Numbered from the stretch's first letter, positions 40,202-50,041 are shown. The stretch is 64,000 bases of DNA from Sphingopyxis sp. (GCF_050916055.1 NZ_CP051527.1:2737066-2801065), one strand, 5' to 3'. The notes: a model not told the origin generated them from the sequence alone. Numbers and translations: made by a program.

Positions 40202-42048
40202 TCTGCGTCTCCCTTCGGACGGACGCTGACGACGCGCATCATCCCGGCGTGCATATGGTAGAGCATATGACAGTGGAACGCCCAGTCACCGAGCGCGTCG
40301 GCGGTGAAATCGAAGCTGGCGGTGCCTCCGGGCTGAACGAGAACCGTATGCTTGCGCGGCGAGCGATCGCCCTTGCCCGTGACCAGTTCGAAGAAATGGC
40401 CATGGAGGTGGATGGGATGGCTCATCATCGAATCGTTGATGAGGTTGATCCGCACCCGCTCACCCTCGATGAAGGGGATCGGCTCATGATGGTCGGACAT
40501 CTTGACGCCATCGAACGACCACATGAACCGCTCCATATTGCCGGTCAGATGAATGTCGAGCGAGCGTTCGGCGGCGCGCACATCGGGATTGCGCTCGAGC
40601 GCCACCAGATCATGATAGGTGAGCACCTTGTGCCCGACATTTTCGAGCCCCTGCCCCGGCTCGCCCATGCGATCGACCGGCATCGGCGAGATGGTCTGGA
40701 CACTCGGGTCGCGTTTGACCTGCGGGGCGACGTCGAAATCGCGCATGCTGTGCTGCATTCCGCCACCCGATCCATGATCCATCCCCGCCATCGCGCCGCC
40801 TTCGGCCGCGGGCGTGCAATGGCCCATCTTGGCATGTTCGGGCGAGCAGGCAGGATCGCTTGCGGGCATTGGCATGGCCCCCGTGGCGCCACCGCCCGAA
40901 TGGTCCATTCCCGCCATGGAACCGCCTGACATGTCCATGTCGCCCATCCCCATGTCCTTCATGGTCGCGAGCGGGCGTTCGCGCAGCGGCGGGACGTCGG
41001 CGGCCATGCCGGCGCGCGGCGCAAGCGTCGCACGCCCCATGCCCGAGCGGTCGTTGGCTTCGGCGACAAGCGTATAGGCGCGGTCCTCGACCGGCGTGAC
41101 AATGACATCGTAAGTTTCCGCAACGGCGATCTGGAACTCGTCGATTTCGGTTGGGACGACGTTGAGCCCGTCGGCCTGCACGACGGTCAGCCTGAGGCCC
41201 GGAATGCGCACGTTGAAGATCGTCATCGCCGAGGCGTTGATGATCCGCAGCCGCACCCGCTCGCCGGGATTGAAGAGCGCGGTCCAATTGTCGCGCGGGC
41301 CATGGCCGTTGACGAGGAAGCTATAGGTCGATCCGTTGACATCGGCGACGTCGGTCGGATCCATGCGCATCTTGCCCCATTCGATGCGTTCCTTCAGTGA
41401 TTGGTCCTTGCCGGCCAGGAGACCGGAAAGCGTCTGTCGCTGCATGTTGAAATGGCCGGGGTTGACCTTCAACTTGCGGAAGATCGCCTCGGGAGACAAT
41501 TGGCTGTGGTCGGACAGGACGACGACATGCTCGCGGTCAAAGCCGATCGGATCGGGACCTGCGGGATCGATGACGATCGGGCCATAATGGCCAAGCTGCT
41601 CCTGCAGTCCCGAATGGCTGTGATACCAATAGGTCCCCGACTGGACGACGGGGAATTCGTAAACGAAGTTTGAGCGCGGCTTGATGCCGGGGAAGCTGAC
41701 GCCCGGGACGCCATCCATCTGGAACGGCAGGATTAGGCCATGCCAATGGATCGAGCTGTCCTCGTCGAGATCGTTGACGACCGTGAGGCGCGCGGTCTGG
41801 CCTTCCTTCAGGCGAACGAGCGGCGCGGGCACCGTCCCGTTGATCCCGATCGCTCGGCTGACCTTGCCGTCGATCCGCATCGTCTGGCGCGCGATACGAA
41901 GGGTGATGTCATTGCCCGACACCGTCGGCAGCGGCGCGACGATGCCTGGCGACACCGATTGGGCCCACGCCGGAAACCAGGGCGCCAGCGCGGCCACTGT
42001 CCCGCCGCCCAATGCACCCGTCACGAAACGACGCCTGTCTATCTGCAT
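40198..42048 (-). CDS. copA: CopA-family multicopper oxidase
   Basis: Tat leader DRRRF; HWHG, YWYHSH, HPIHLHGH, HCHMLYHMHAGM. Confidence 0.97.
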   Translation of the reverse strand: MQIDRRRFVTGALGGGTVAALAPWFPAWAQSVSPGIVAPLPTVSGNDITLRIARQTMRIDGKVSRAIGINGTVPAPLVRLKEGQTARLTVVNDLDEDSSIHWHGLILPFQMDGVPGVSFPGIKPRSNFVYEFPVVQSGTYWYHSHSGLQEQLGHYGPIVIDPAGPDPIGFDREHVVVLSDHSQLSPEAIFRKLKVNPGHFNMQRQTLSGLLAGKDQSLKERIEWGKMRMDPTDVADVNGSTYSFLVNGHGPRDNWTALFNPGERVRLRIINASAMTIFNVRIPGLRLTVVQADGLNVVPTEIDEFQIAVAETYDVIVTPVEDRAYTLVAEANDRSGMGRATLAPRAGMAADVPPLRERPLATMKDMGMGDMDMSGGSMAGMDHSGGGATGAMPMPASDPACSPEHAKMGHCTPAAEGGAMAGMDHGSGGGMQHSMRDFDVAPQVKRDPSVQTISPMPVDRMGEPGQGLENVGHKVLTYHDLVALERNPDVRAAERSLDIHLTGNMERFMWSFDGVKMSDHHEPIPFIEGERVRINLINDSMMSHPIHLHGHFFELVTGKGDRSPRKHTVLVQPGGTASFDFTADALGDWAFHCHMLYHMHAGMMRVVSVRPKGDAE

Positions 42049-42079
42049 AAAATTCCCGGATGTTGCCTTGTCTCTTTAG

Positions 42080-42108
42080 TCATACGCGGCACGATCGTCC
42101 GCCCCTCA
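42080..42108 (-). promoter_or_regulatory. ECF (CnrH-type) promoter of copAB
   Basis: TGAGGGG-N15-CGTATGA. Confidence 0.8.
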
Positions 42109-42147
42109 CCCTCGCAGGCGAAAATCGCCAAATGTCCCGCGATGCGT

Positions 42148-42732
42148 TTACTCCGCCGCGTGGGTGGTCGTTTCGCCCAGCAGAGCCTTCAATTTCGCAC
42201 GGGCCCGGTGAAGCCGCGTCTCCACGGTCTTTTCGCTGACTTGCAGCAGCTCGGCGGTTTCCGACTGGCTTAGATCCTCAACGCCGCGAAGGATGAGGAC
42301 CTCGCGCAGATTGGGCGCTAGGCGGGACATGGCGGCGCGAACGCGCTCGAGTTCGGTGCGGTCTGCCGCCTCGGCGTCGGGCCCGGGGCCTTCACTCGCG
42401 ACATCGTGCGCGCTTTCGAGGGGCAGGGCGCGAGAGAAAAAAGACCGAACCGCACGCCGCCGCGCCCAGTCGCGGCATTTGTTGAGCGCGATACGGGATA
42501 TCCAGACCTGGAAGGGCCGGTCGGCGTCATAGCGGCCAAGCGCCCCAAAGCCCGCAACAAAGCTTTCCTGCGTCAGGTCCATCGCCTCGTCGGGATCGCC
42601 GATATTGTTGCGAATCAGGCGAAACACGGGCGCCTTGTAGCGACTGAGAAATTCCCGATAGGCCTGCTGCTGTCCGGCCCGGGCAAGTGCGGCGAGCTCG
42701 CGATCGCTACATTGCGCGAGATCGAGGCTCAC
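42148..42732 (-). CDS. ECF sigma factor, CnrH/NccH-like
   Basis: DLTQESF, WISRIALNKCRDWARRRAVR, TVETRLHRAR; third gene of a Y-X-H-like triad. Confidence 0.9.
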   Translation of the reverse strand: MSLDLAQCSDRELAALARAGQQQAYREFLSRYKAPVFRLIRNNIGDPDEAMDLTQESFVAGFGALGRYDADRPFQVWISRIALNKCRDWARRRAVRSFFSRALPLESAHDVASEGPGPDAEAADRTELERVRAAMSRLAPNLREVLILRGVEDLSQSETAELLQVSEKTVETRLHRARAKLKALLGETTTHAAE

Positions 42733-43172
42733 CGCGCATCGGCGGTCAGCGCCTTGACCACGCTCTTGTCGAACATCGCGGCCTGGTCGCGATCAAGAAC
42801 GACGCGCATCGCGAACAGATGCTGGAGCGTTTCCTTCTGCAATTCGCCCATCACGCGGTGGGTCTCGTCGATCGCCTCGGTGACGCGGGGTCCATAGCCA
42901 TGCTCGGCTTCGATCGCCTGCGCGAGCCGGATATTGGCGGCGCGCATATCGAGCTCGAGCGCATCGCGCCGCTCGGCGAATTTCGCCTCGATCCGGTCGA
43001 TCTTTACCTGCTGCGCGGACGAGAGCTTCAGCTCGCGATGCAGCAAAGCGTGCAATTCGGTCTCGCTTGCGCGCGGTGTCTCGACGATGAGCCGCCCGGC
43101 GAGCACGCCGGCGAGCGCGGCGATGAAAGCGACCAGACCGAAAAGCAGCAAACGGCGCGACGACGTCATCAA
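42729..43172 (-). CDS. Periplasmic heavy-metal sensor, CnrX/NccX-like
   Basis: One TM anchor; LHALLH, E at +17, QHLFAM (H at +56 from that E, M at +4): same spacing as the CnrX metal ligands. Confidence 0.88.
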   Translation of the reverse strand: MMTSSRRLLLFGLVAFIAALAGVLAGRLIVETPRASETELHALLHRELKLSSAQQVKIDRIEAKFAERRDALELDMRAANIRLAQAIEAEHGYGPRVTEAIDETHRVMGELQKETLQHLFAMRVVLDRDQAAMFDKSVVKALTADAR

Positions 43173-43432
43173 CGCGAATCCAGGAGGGTCGAGGGGGCCA
43201 GCGGGCTGGCCGGAATGAGCGGCGTGATCGGGCTCGCGGCCACGGCCGGCGGAACGATGGCGCTGCCGACGAAGAACCCGCCGCCGAGCGACACGAAAGC
43301 GGCGAGCGCCATCATGCGCCGCATCGCCGACGCCTCGCGGAGCCGTGCCGACAGCGCGACGAGGACACGCTCGTCGAGCGTGTCCAGTGCGCTCGGCACC
43401 TTCGGTTCATTCAAAATCCGGAGTTCGTCCAT
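43169..43432 (-). CDS. CnrY/NccY-like anti-sigma factor
   Basis: 87 aa, single TM helix, C-terminal PLAPSTLL; first gene of the triad. Confidence 0.75.
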   Translation of the reverse strand: MDELRILNEPKVPSALDTLDERVLVALSARLREASAMRRMMALAAFVSLGGGFFVGSAIVPPAVAASPITPLIPASPLAPSTLLDSR

Positions 43433-43460
43433 CGGCCTTTCCTGCCAGTCCATCCATAGA

Positions 43461-43489
43461 TCATACGCGCATGATCCCATCACCCCTCA
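43461..43489 (-). promoter_or_regulatory. ECF promoter of the cnrYXH-like operon (autoregulation)
   Basis: TGAGGGG-N15-CGTATGA, both boxes identical to those of the copA promoter. Confidence 0.8.
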
Positions 43490-43520
43490 GAAATAATCCA
43501 ACAAGGCGAAACCAATTTTG

Positions 43521-43549
43521 TGAGGGCCGCGCGGCTGGTTTGCGTATTA
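43521..43549 (+). promoter_or_regulatory. ECF promoter of copCD
   Basis: TGAGGGC-N15-CGTATTA. Confidence 0.75.
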
Positions 43550-43578
43550 GCAGGACAGACCCGCAATTGGAGGTTTTT

Positions 43579-43962
43579 ATGTTCAAGTCGTTTCTCCCCT
43601 CTGTCACCGCGGCCGTAGCGCTGCTTCTCGTGCCGGGCGTCGCAAGCGCCCACACCAAGCTCGTCGGCTCGACGCCGGCCGCGAATTCAACGGTTTCGAA
43701 GGTGACTTCGGTCAATTTGCAGTTCAACGAGAAGGTTATCGCCTCGACGGTGAAGGCCGAACTGGTGATGACCGGGATGCCCGGCATGGCCAATCACGCT
43801 CCGATGAAGATCCCCACCACCTCCATGATGGGCAAGGGCGGCAAATCGATGATGCTGATGGTGAAGCGCGCGCTCGTTCCCGGCACCTATAAGGTCAAAT
43901 GGTCGGCTGCGGGCGCCGACACGCACCGTATGGGTAGCGAATTCAGCTTCACCGTGAAGTAA
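43579..43962 (+). CDS. copC: Periplasmic copper-binding protein
   Basis: Signal peptide, mature N-terminal His (ASA-HTKLVGSTP), Met-rich loop, ADTHR. Confidence 0.93.
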   Translation: MFKSFLPSVTAAVALLLVPGVASAHTKLVGSTPAANSTVSKVTSVNLQFNEKVIASTVKAELVMTGMPGMANHAPMKIPTTSMMGKGGKSMMLMVKRALVPGTYKVKWSAAGADTHRMGSEFSFTVK

Positions 43963-43969
43963 AAAGAAG

Positions 43970-44911
43970 GTGGCAGATCTCCTGCTGATGGGTGTCAGGT
44001 TCGCGCTGTTCGCGAACCTGATGCTTATTGCGGGGCTTGCCGCTTTCTCACTTTATGCGCTCGGACCCGACGAACGGACGTCAGGCGTCGGAGCGCTCTT
44101 CGGGCGCCCGCAGTTTGGGCTCTGCGTCTCGGGCCTGATCCTGTCTTTTGCCGGCATGGCGGTGTTGACCGCGAGCATGCAGGGCGTCGGGGTCTTCGCT
44201 ATCGACCCCGAGATGTTTCTGACGATGGTCCGGGAGACCGACGTCGGCACCGCATGGCTTGTGCGCATGTTCGCGCTGCTGGTCGCCGGGGCGGCGAGCT
44301 TCTGGCTTGGCCGCAATCCCGTCGCTGCGGCATCGGTCCTGAGCGTCGCCGGCTCGGCCGGGCTGGCAACATTGGTCTGGTCGGGCCACGCCGGCGCGTC
44401 CGAAGGTATCGTCGGCACCGTGCATCGCGCCAATGACGCGATCCATATGATTGCCGCGGCCGTCTGGTTCGGTGCGATTGCCGCCTTTCTGCTGCTCCTT
44501 CGCCCCGGCGACCCACCTGGGACGGAAAGGGTCGCGCTTGCCGCGCGAAGCCTCGACCAGTTCGCGCGCGTCGGGACGCTGTGCGTGCTCGTGATCGCCG
44601 CGACCGGACTGGTGAACAGCCAGATTATCATCGGAGTCGAGAATGTCGGGCGATCGATCGTCTCGCCTTATGGTCAGCTTCTCGTCGCCAAGCTCATCCT
44701 TTTCGCCGCGATGCTCGCCCTCGCCGGGGTCAACCGCTGGCGACTTACGCCGGCGTTGCAGGCATCGATCGCCAGCCCCGACGAAATAGGCGCCGATTCG
44801 AGTCTCGCCGTGTCGGCGATGCGCCGCAGCCTCGTGCTCGAAGCGTCCGCGGGACTTGCCATTCTCGCGCTGGTCGCATGGTTCGGAACATTGGAACCCT
44901 TTGCCGATTGA
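43970..44911 (+). CDS. copD: Copper resistance inner-membrane protein
   Basis: WSGHAG, HMIAAAVWFG, YGQLLVAKL, NRWRL, GTLEP. Confidence 0.9.
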   Translation: MADLLLMGVRFALFANLMLIAGLAAFSLYALGPDERTSGVGALFGRPQFGLCVSGLILSFAGMAVLTASMQGVGVFAIDPEMFLTMVRETDVGTAWLVRMFALLVAGAASFWLGRNPVAAASVLSVAGSAGLATLVWSGHAGASEGIVGTVHRANDAIHMIAAAVWFGAIAAFLLLLRPGDPPGTERVALAARSLDQFARVGTLCVLVIAATGLVNSQIIIGVENVGRSIVSPYGQLLVAKLILFAAMLALAGVNRWRLTPALQASIASPDEIGADSSLAVSAMRRSLVLEASAGLAILALVAWFGTLEPFAD

Positions 44912-44944
44912 CGGGGTCCGGGTGGCAGGAGGAAAGCACGAGCG

Positions 44945-45622
44945 ATGTCAGATTTGCAGGACAGGAACCCAAGATTTACGCCTGCGGCCGGCTATCATTT
45001 CCTCACGCCTTTCTACGACGCCGGCGTCGCGATCACGACGCGCGAGCGCCGGTGGCGCGGCCGGCTGGTCGAGCTTATGGCGCCGGCGCCCGACGACATC
45101 ATTCTCGATGTGGGTTCGGGCACCGGCAATCTCGCGTTGGCGATCGCGCGGCGCGGCGGAGGCGCGCGCTATCTCGGGATCGATCCAGACGATGCTGCCA
45201 CCCGAATCGCACGAGATAAGACAGCCCGGCTCTCGCCCCAGCCGGACTTTCGCGTCGGATTCTTCACGGCCGCGAGCATCGCCGCCTGGCCGATGCCGAC
45301 TAAAGTCACAATCTGCCTCGTTCTTCATCAGGTCGGCCTCGCCGAAAAGGCCCGCCTGCTCCGCGAGGCCTGGCTTTGCCTCGCACCTGGCGGGCAACTT
45401 TATATCGCGGATTATGGCGAGCAGCGCAGCCGCCTGATGCGGATCCTGTTCCGGCTGACGATCCAGCAGCTGGACGGCGTGGCCGATACCCAACCCAACG
45501 CCGATGGCTGTCTACCGGCGCTCATCGGCGAAGCGGGATTTGAGACTTTATGCGAGGAGCCGGCGTTGAAGACGGTGACGGGCGCAATTTCGATCATGTC
45601 TGCGCGCAAACCCATGGCCTGA
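44945..45622 (+). CDS. Class I SAM-dependent methyltransferase
   Basis: ILDVGSGTG, LVLHQ, LAPGG...ADYG. Confidence 0.9.
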   Translation: MSDLQDRNPRFTPAAGYHFLTPFYDAGVAITTRERRWRGRLVELMAPAPDDIILDVGSGTGNLALAIARRGGGARYLGIDPDDAATRIARDKTARLSPQPDFRVGFFTAASIAAWPMPTKVTICLVLHQVGLAEKARLLREAWLCLAPGGQLYIADYGEQRSRLMRILFRLTIQQLDGVADTQPNADGCLPALIGEAGFETLCEEPALKTVTGAISIMSARKPMA

Positions 45623-45640
45623 GGCGTATGAGCAAAAGCG

Positions 45641-45669
45641 CGAGGGCCTGGCCTGCTGGCTGCGTATCA
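45641..45669 (+). promoter_or_regulatory. ECF promoter of the Cu-ATPase
   Basis: CGAGGGC-N15-CGTATCA. Confidence 0.72.
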
Positions 45670-45777
45670 GAGGTAGCGGCCCGATTCTTCCGCCGCGATC
45701 CGCGCGGTTCACCGTCGGGCAAATCCGCGGTGCCCGTTGCCGGGGTCCGGCACGAATGAGCGACAGGAGACGAAGCC

Positions 45778-48099
45778 ATGCAGGAAGATCATCACGCGGC
45801 GGTCGAGGATAACGCAACGGTCGATCCGGTTTGCGGCATGACGGTGGATCCCGCAACAACGTCGCATCGCGCGACCCATGCGGGCTTGGACCATTATTTC
45901 TGCAGTGCGGGCTGCCTTGCCAAATTCGAGGCCGACCCCGAGCGCTACGCGGCAACGCGGGAAGCGGCACCGGCGATTGCCGCCGAGGGCGCGATCTGGA
46001 CCTGCCCGATGCACCCGGAGATCCGGCGCTCCGGCCCCGGAAGCTGCCCGATCTGCGGCATGGCGCTCGAACGCGTCATGCCCGAAGCGGTCGCGGGGCC
46101 GAGCGAAGAATATCGCGACATGCGACGTCGTTTCTGGATCGGGCTCCTGCTCGCCCTTCCGGTGCTCGCGCTCGAGATGGGCGGCCATCTGACCGGCCTT
46201 CATCAATATGTAGACCGCTCGACGAGCAACTGGATTCAGATGTTGCTCGCGACGCCCGTCGTTCTGTGGGCGGGCTGGCCCTTCTTCGAGCGGGCATGGC
46301 TCTCGGTCCGAAACAAGAGCCTCAACATGTTCACCCTCATCGCGATGGGGACGGGCGTCGCCTGGGCCTACAGCATGGTCGCGGCCCTCCTGCCCGGGAT
46401 ATTCCCCGGTGCGTTTCGCGCCGCCGACGGTTCGGTCGCGGTCTATTTCGAAGCGGCAGCCGTTATCACGGTGCTTGTCCTGCTGGGACAGGTGCTCGAG
46501 CTCAGGGCGCGCGAGACGACAAGCGGCGCAATCCGCGCACTTCTCGACTTGACGCCCAAGCTTGCGAGGCGGGTGCGCGGCGACGGGAGCGACGAGGAAG
46601 TCGCACTTGAGGATGTCGCGGTCGGTGATGTGCTGCGCATCCGTCCGGGCGAGAAGGTCCCGGTCGACGGCATCGTGGTCGAAGGCCGCGGCACGGTCGA
46701 TGAGTCGCTGGTCACGGGCGAATCGATGCCCGTCACAAAGGAGGCCGGCGCCGCGCTGATCGGGGGAACGATCAATCAGACGGGCGGGCTGCTGATGCGC
46801 AGCGAGAAGGTCGGCCGCGACACGATGCTCGCCCGCATCGTGCAAATGGTTGCCGACGCGCAGCGCAGCCGGGCGCCGATCCAGCGCCTCGCCGACACCG
46901 TTTCTGGCTGGTTCGTTCCCGGCGTCATCGCCGTTGCTGTTGCTGCGTTTATCGTCTGGTCGATTCTCGGACCGGCGCCCGCGATGGCCTATGGCCTGAT
47001 TGCGGCCGTCTCGGTGCTGATCATCGCCTGTCCCTGTGCGCTCGGCCTCGCAACGCCGATGTCGATCATGGTTGGCGTCGGACGCGGCGCCGAAGCCGGG
47101 GTGCTGATCAAGAATGCCGAAGCGCTCGAACGAATGGAAAAGGTCGATACGCTCGTCGTCGACAAGACGGGGACCCTTACCGAGGGCAAGCCCTCGGTCG
47201 TTGCCATCGAAGTCGCAGATGGGTTCGACGAAAATGACCTGCTCGCGATCGCAGCCAGCCTCGAGCGCAGCAGCGAGCATCCTCTTGCGCTCGCGATCGT
47301 CAAGGCGGCCGAGGAGCGGGGTCTCGCGCTCGTCGAGCCTTCAGGGGTCGATCAGCCGGTGGGCAAAGGGATCGTCGGCTCGGTCGAAGAGAAGGCGATT
47401 GTCCTCGGCAATGCTGCCTTTCTTGAAGAATATGACGTTGACCTCGCGGGGCTTGCCGCGGCGGCCGACCGTCTTCGCGCCGAGGGCGCGACCGCGATCT
47501 ATATCGCCGTCAACGGCCAAGCGGCCGGCGTCATCGCGATTGCCGATCCCGTCAAGGCAACGACAAGCGAAGCCCTCTCTGCCCTGCGCGACGCGGGCAT
47601 AAGGGTCATCATGCTGACCGGCGACAATCGCGTCACCGCCGAGGCGATCGCGCGGCGCCTCGGTATTGCCGACGTCGAGGCCGATGTCCTGCCGGACCAG
47701 AAGAGCGCCGTCGTCCAGCGGCTCCGCGCAGAAGGCCGGATCGTCGCCATGGCGGGGGACGGGGTCAACGACGCGCCCGCGCTCGCCGCCGCCGATGTCG
47801 GCATTGCGATGGGCTCGGGAACCGACGTCGCGATCGAAAGCGCGGGCGTCACCTTGCTGCGCGGCGATCTTCTCGGCATCGTTCGGGCGCGGCACCTCAG
47901 CCATGCGACGATGTCGAATATCCGGCAGAACCTCTTCTTTGCCTTCGCCTATAATGTTGCGGGCATCCCGATCGCAGCGGGCGCGCTCTACCCGCTGTTC
48001 GGACTTCTTCTATCGCCGATCATCGCCGCTGCCGCGATGGCGCTCTCCTCGGTCAGCGTCATCGCCAATTCGCTGCGGCTGCGATTCGTGAAAATCTGA
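45778..48099 (+). CDS. P1B-type copper-translocating ATPase with YHS and TCPMHP domains
   Basis: DPVCGM...YFCSAGC, WTCPMHP, CPICGM, TGES, CPC, DKTGT, GDGVND, YN and MALSS. Confidence 0.96.
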   Translation: MQEDHHAAVEDNATVDPVCGMTVDPATTSHRATHAGLDHYFCSAGCLAKFEADPERYAATREAAPAIAAEGAIWTCPMHPEIRRSGPGSCPICGMALERVMPEAVAGPSEEYRDMRRRFWIGLLLALPVLALEMGGHLTGLHQYVDRSTSNWIQMLLATPVVLWAGWPFFERAWLSVRNKSLNMFTLIAMGTGVAWAYSMVAALLPGIFPGAFRAADGSVAVYFEAAAVITVLVLLGQVLELRARETTSGAIRALLDLTPKLARRVRGDGSDEEVALEDVAVGDVLRIRPGEKVPVDGIVVEGRGTVDESLVTGESMPVTKEAGAALIGGTINQTGGLLMRSEKVGRDTMLARIVQMVADAQRSRAPIQRLADTVSGWFVPGVIAVAVAAFIVWSILGPAPAMAYGLIAAVSVLIIACPCALGLATPMSIMVGVGRGAEAGVLIKNAEALERMEKVDTLVVDKTGTLTEGKPSVVAIEVADGFDENDLLAIAASLERSSEHPLALAIVKAAEERGLALVEPSGVDQPVGKGIVGSVEEKAIVLGNAAFLEEYDVDLAGLAAAADRLRAEGATAIYIAVNGQAAGVIAIADPVKATTSEALSALRDAGIRVIMLTGDNRVTAEAIARRLGIADVEADVLPDQKSAVVQRLRAEGRIVAMAGDGVNDAPALAAADVGIAMGSGTDVAIESAGVTLLRGDLLGIVRARHLSHATMSNIRQNLFFAFAYNVAGIPIAAGALYPLFGLLLSPIIAAAAMALSSVSVIANSLRLRFVKI

Positions 48100-48151
48100 G
48101 AGAAGCATCGCCGCGGCCTTGGACGTCGGCCGGCACGCAAATGGGAGAAGA

Positions 48152-48613
48152 ATGATGAGAGGTTTCAAGCAGGCGGCGATCGGGCTCGCTTTGGTCCTGG
48201 CCGTTCCCGCGCACGCGGCGGCAGCCCCGGATTATCAGGCCGCGAGCGCGACGCTGGCGCAATATAAGCAGGCGATCGAGAGCCGCGACCTGGCGGGCGT
48301 CGAAGCACTGTTCGCGCCCGACGCCCAGATTTTCGAGTCCGGCGGCGTCGAGGGAAATTTCGTCCATTATCGCGACCATCACCTCTCGCCTGAACTGAAA
48401 GCGTTCAAGTCCTTCGCCTTTCAGAACTACAAGCTGTCGGTGCGGGGCGAAGGCGATGTGGCCATCGCGACCGAGACCTATTCCTACACGATCGTGCTCT
48501 TGAACGGCGAAATGGTCAAACGCGATGGTGTGGCGACGAGCGTCCTCAAATGGACCGACGGCAAGTGGCGGATCCTCAGCCTGCACAGCTCCTCGCGCAA
48601 GCCCAAGGCGTAA
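48152..48613 (+). CDS. Secreted NTF2-like / DUF4440 protein
   Basis: Signal peptide, IFESGG, HYRDHHL, WRI..LHSSS. Confidence 0.75.
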   Translation: MMRGFKQAAIGLALVLAVPAHAAAAPDYQAASATLAQYKQAIESRDLAGVEALFAPDAQIFESGGVEGNFVHYRDHHLSPELKAFKSFAFQNYKLSVRGEGDVAIATETYSYTIVLLNGEMVKRDGVATSVLKWTDGKWRILSLHSSSRKPKA

Positions 48614-48649
48614 GGGGGCCTGAAAACGGTGCAGCTCAGCCCGAACCGA

Positions 48650-49048
48650 TTAGACCTGCTCGAAGGCCGAAATGATCGGGCAGTGGACCGTATCGGCGGC
48701 GGCGCATTGGCGCGACAGGCCGACAAGCGCGCGCCGCGCCGCATCGAGTTCGGCAATCGTTTTCTCGATGGCGGTGATGCGCGCGTCGGCAAGCGCGCGC
48801 GCGCGGGTCCGATCGGTGGAGGAATCGAGCTCGAGCAGTTCGCCGATCTCGGCGAGCGTAAATCCTGCCGCCTGCGCCGACTTGATGAAACGCAGGCGCC
48901 CGAACACGGCCTCATCATAGCGGCGCACGCTTCCTTGCATGCCGCCTCCTTCACGCCGGCCGGGAACCGGAAGGAGGCCCTTGCGCTGGTAGAAGCGAAT
49001 GGTCTCGACATTCACGCTCGCGCGTTTTGCAAGCTGTCCGATGGTCAT
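48650..49048 (-). CDS. MerR-family regulator (two C-terminal Cys)
   Basis: MTIGQLA...VETIRFYQRKGLL, RLRFIKSAQAAGFTL.EI, QCAAADTVHCPII. Confidence 0.92.
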   Translation of the reverse strand: MTIGQLAKRASVNVETIRFYQRKGLLPVPGRREGGGMQGSVRRYDEAVFGRLRFIKSAQAAGFTLAEIGELLELDSSTDRTRARALADARITAIEKTIAELDAARRALVGLSRQCAAADTVHCPIISAFEQV

Positions 49049-49061
49049 GTCACGCAAGGCC

Positions 49062-49092
49062 TTGACTCCGTACTATGGTACGCAACCTATAT
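49062..49092 (+). promoter_or_regulatory. MerR-type promoter/operator resembling merOP
   Basis: TTGACT-19 bp-CTATAT with dyad CGTAC-TATG-GTACG. Confidence 0.85.
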
Positions 49093-49128
49093 GAGAGGGA
49101 GCATAAGGGAATCAAGAAAGGTAGAATC

Positions 49129-49947
49129 ATGAATACCCAGCTCCAAGACGCTCGAAGCAGGCAATCCGCGCCCGGCGCACAGGCGGTCGGACGGCCTCGC
49201 GCGACGATCTACCGCATGGTGATGGAGCATCATATCTGTCCCTATGGCTTGAAGGCCCTACATCTCTTGCGCAGCCGGGGCTATGAGGTCGAAGACGTCT
49301 GGCTGAGGACGCGCGAGGAAACCGATGCCTTTAAGGCGAAGCATGGCGTCGCGACGACGCCGCAGACTTTCATCGAAGGCGAGCGCATCGGCGGTCACGA
49401 CGATTTGCGGCGCCATTTGGGTCTAAAGGTTCGAGATCCCAAGGCGCTCACCTACACGCCGATCATCGCGCTATTTTCGATCACCGCCCTGATGGCGCTG
49501 GCAGCGAGCCAGGCTGTGGCGGGCACGCCGTTTACCGTCCGCGCCGCCGAGTGGTTCATCGGCTTCAGCATGGCGCTGCTGGCCTTTCTGAAGCTGCGCG
49601 ACATCGAGAGCTTCTCGAGCATGTTTCTGAACTATGACCTTCTCGCAAAGCGCTGGGTTCCCTATGCCACCATCTATCCCTTCGCCGAGGCCCTTGCCGG
49701 CATCTTGATGATTTCGGGCGCGCTCAGCTGGATTTCGATCCCGGTCGCGCTCTTCATCGGGACCATCGGCGCCGTTTCGGTGTTCAAGGCGGTCTATATC
49801 GACAAGCGCGAGCTCAAATGCGCGTGCGTCGGCGGCGACAGCAACGTTCCGCTCGGCTTCATATCGCTGACCGAGAATCTGATGATGATCGCGATGGCCG
49901 TGTGGATGCTGCTCGCGCCCGCCGCCATGGTGATGGGGCAGCGGTAG
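49129..49947 (+). CDS. Glutaredoxin-MauE/DoxX fusion membrane protein
   Basis: CPYG, TTPQTFI.GERIGG.DDL, then MauE-like TM region with YPFAE and CACVGG. Confidence 0.85.
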   Translation: MNTQLQDARSRQSAPGAQAVGRPRATIYRMVMEHHICPYGLKALHLLRSRGYEVEDVWLRTREETDAFKAKHGVATTPQTFIEGERIGGHDDLRRHLGLKVRDPKALTYTPIIALFSITALMALAASQAVAGTPFTVRAAEWFIGFSMALLAFLKLRDIESFSSMFLNYDLLAKRWVPYATIYPFAEALAGILMISGALSWISIPVALFIGTIGAVSVFKAVYIDKRELKCACVGGDSNVPLGFISLTENLMMIAMAVWMLLAPAAMVMGQR

Positions 49948-50041
49948 GCCGGTTCGGGTGTAACCGGGGCGGGGCTGCCGGCGAATTGCAGTGCAGCTCC
50001 GCCTCCCCAATTTCGAATTGACGCGGCTTTCGACTAGGATC

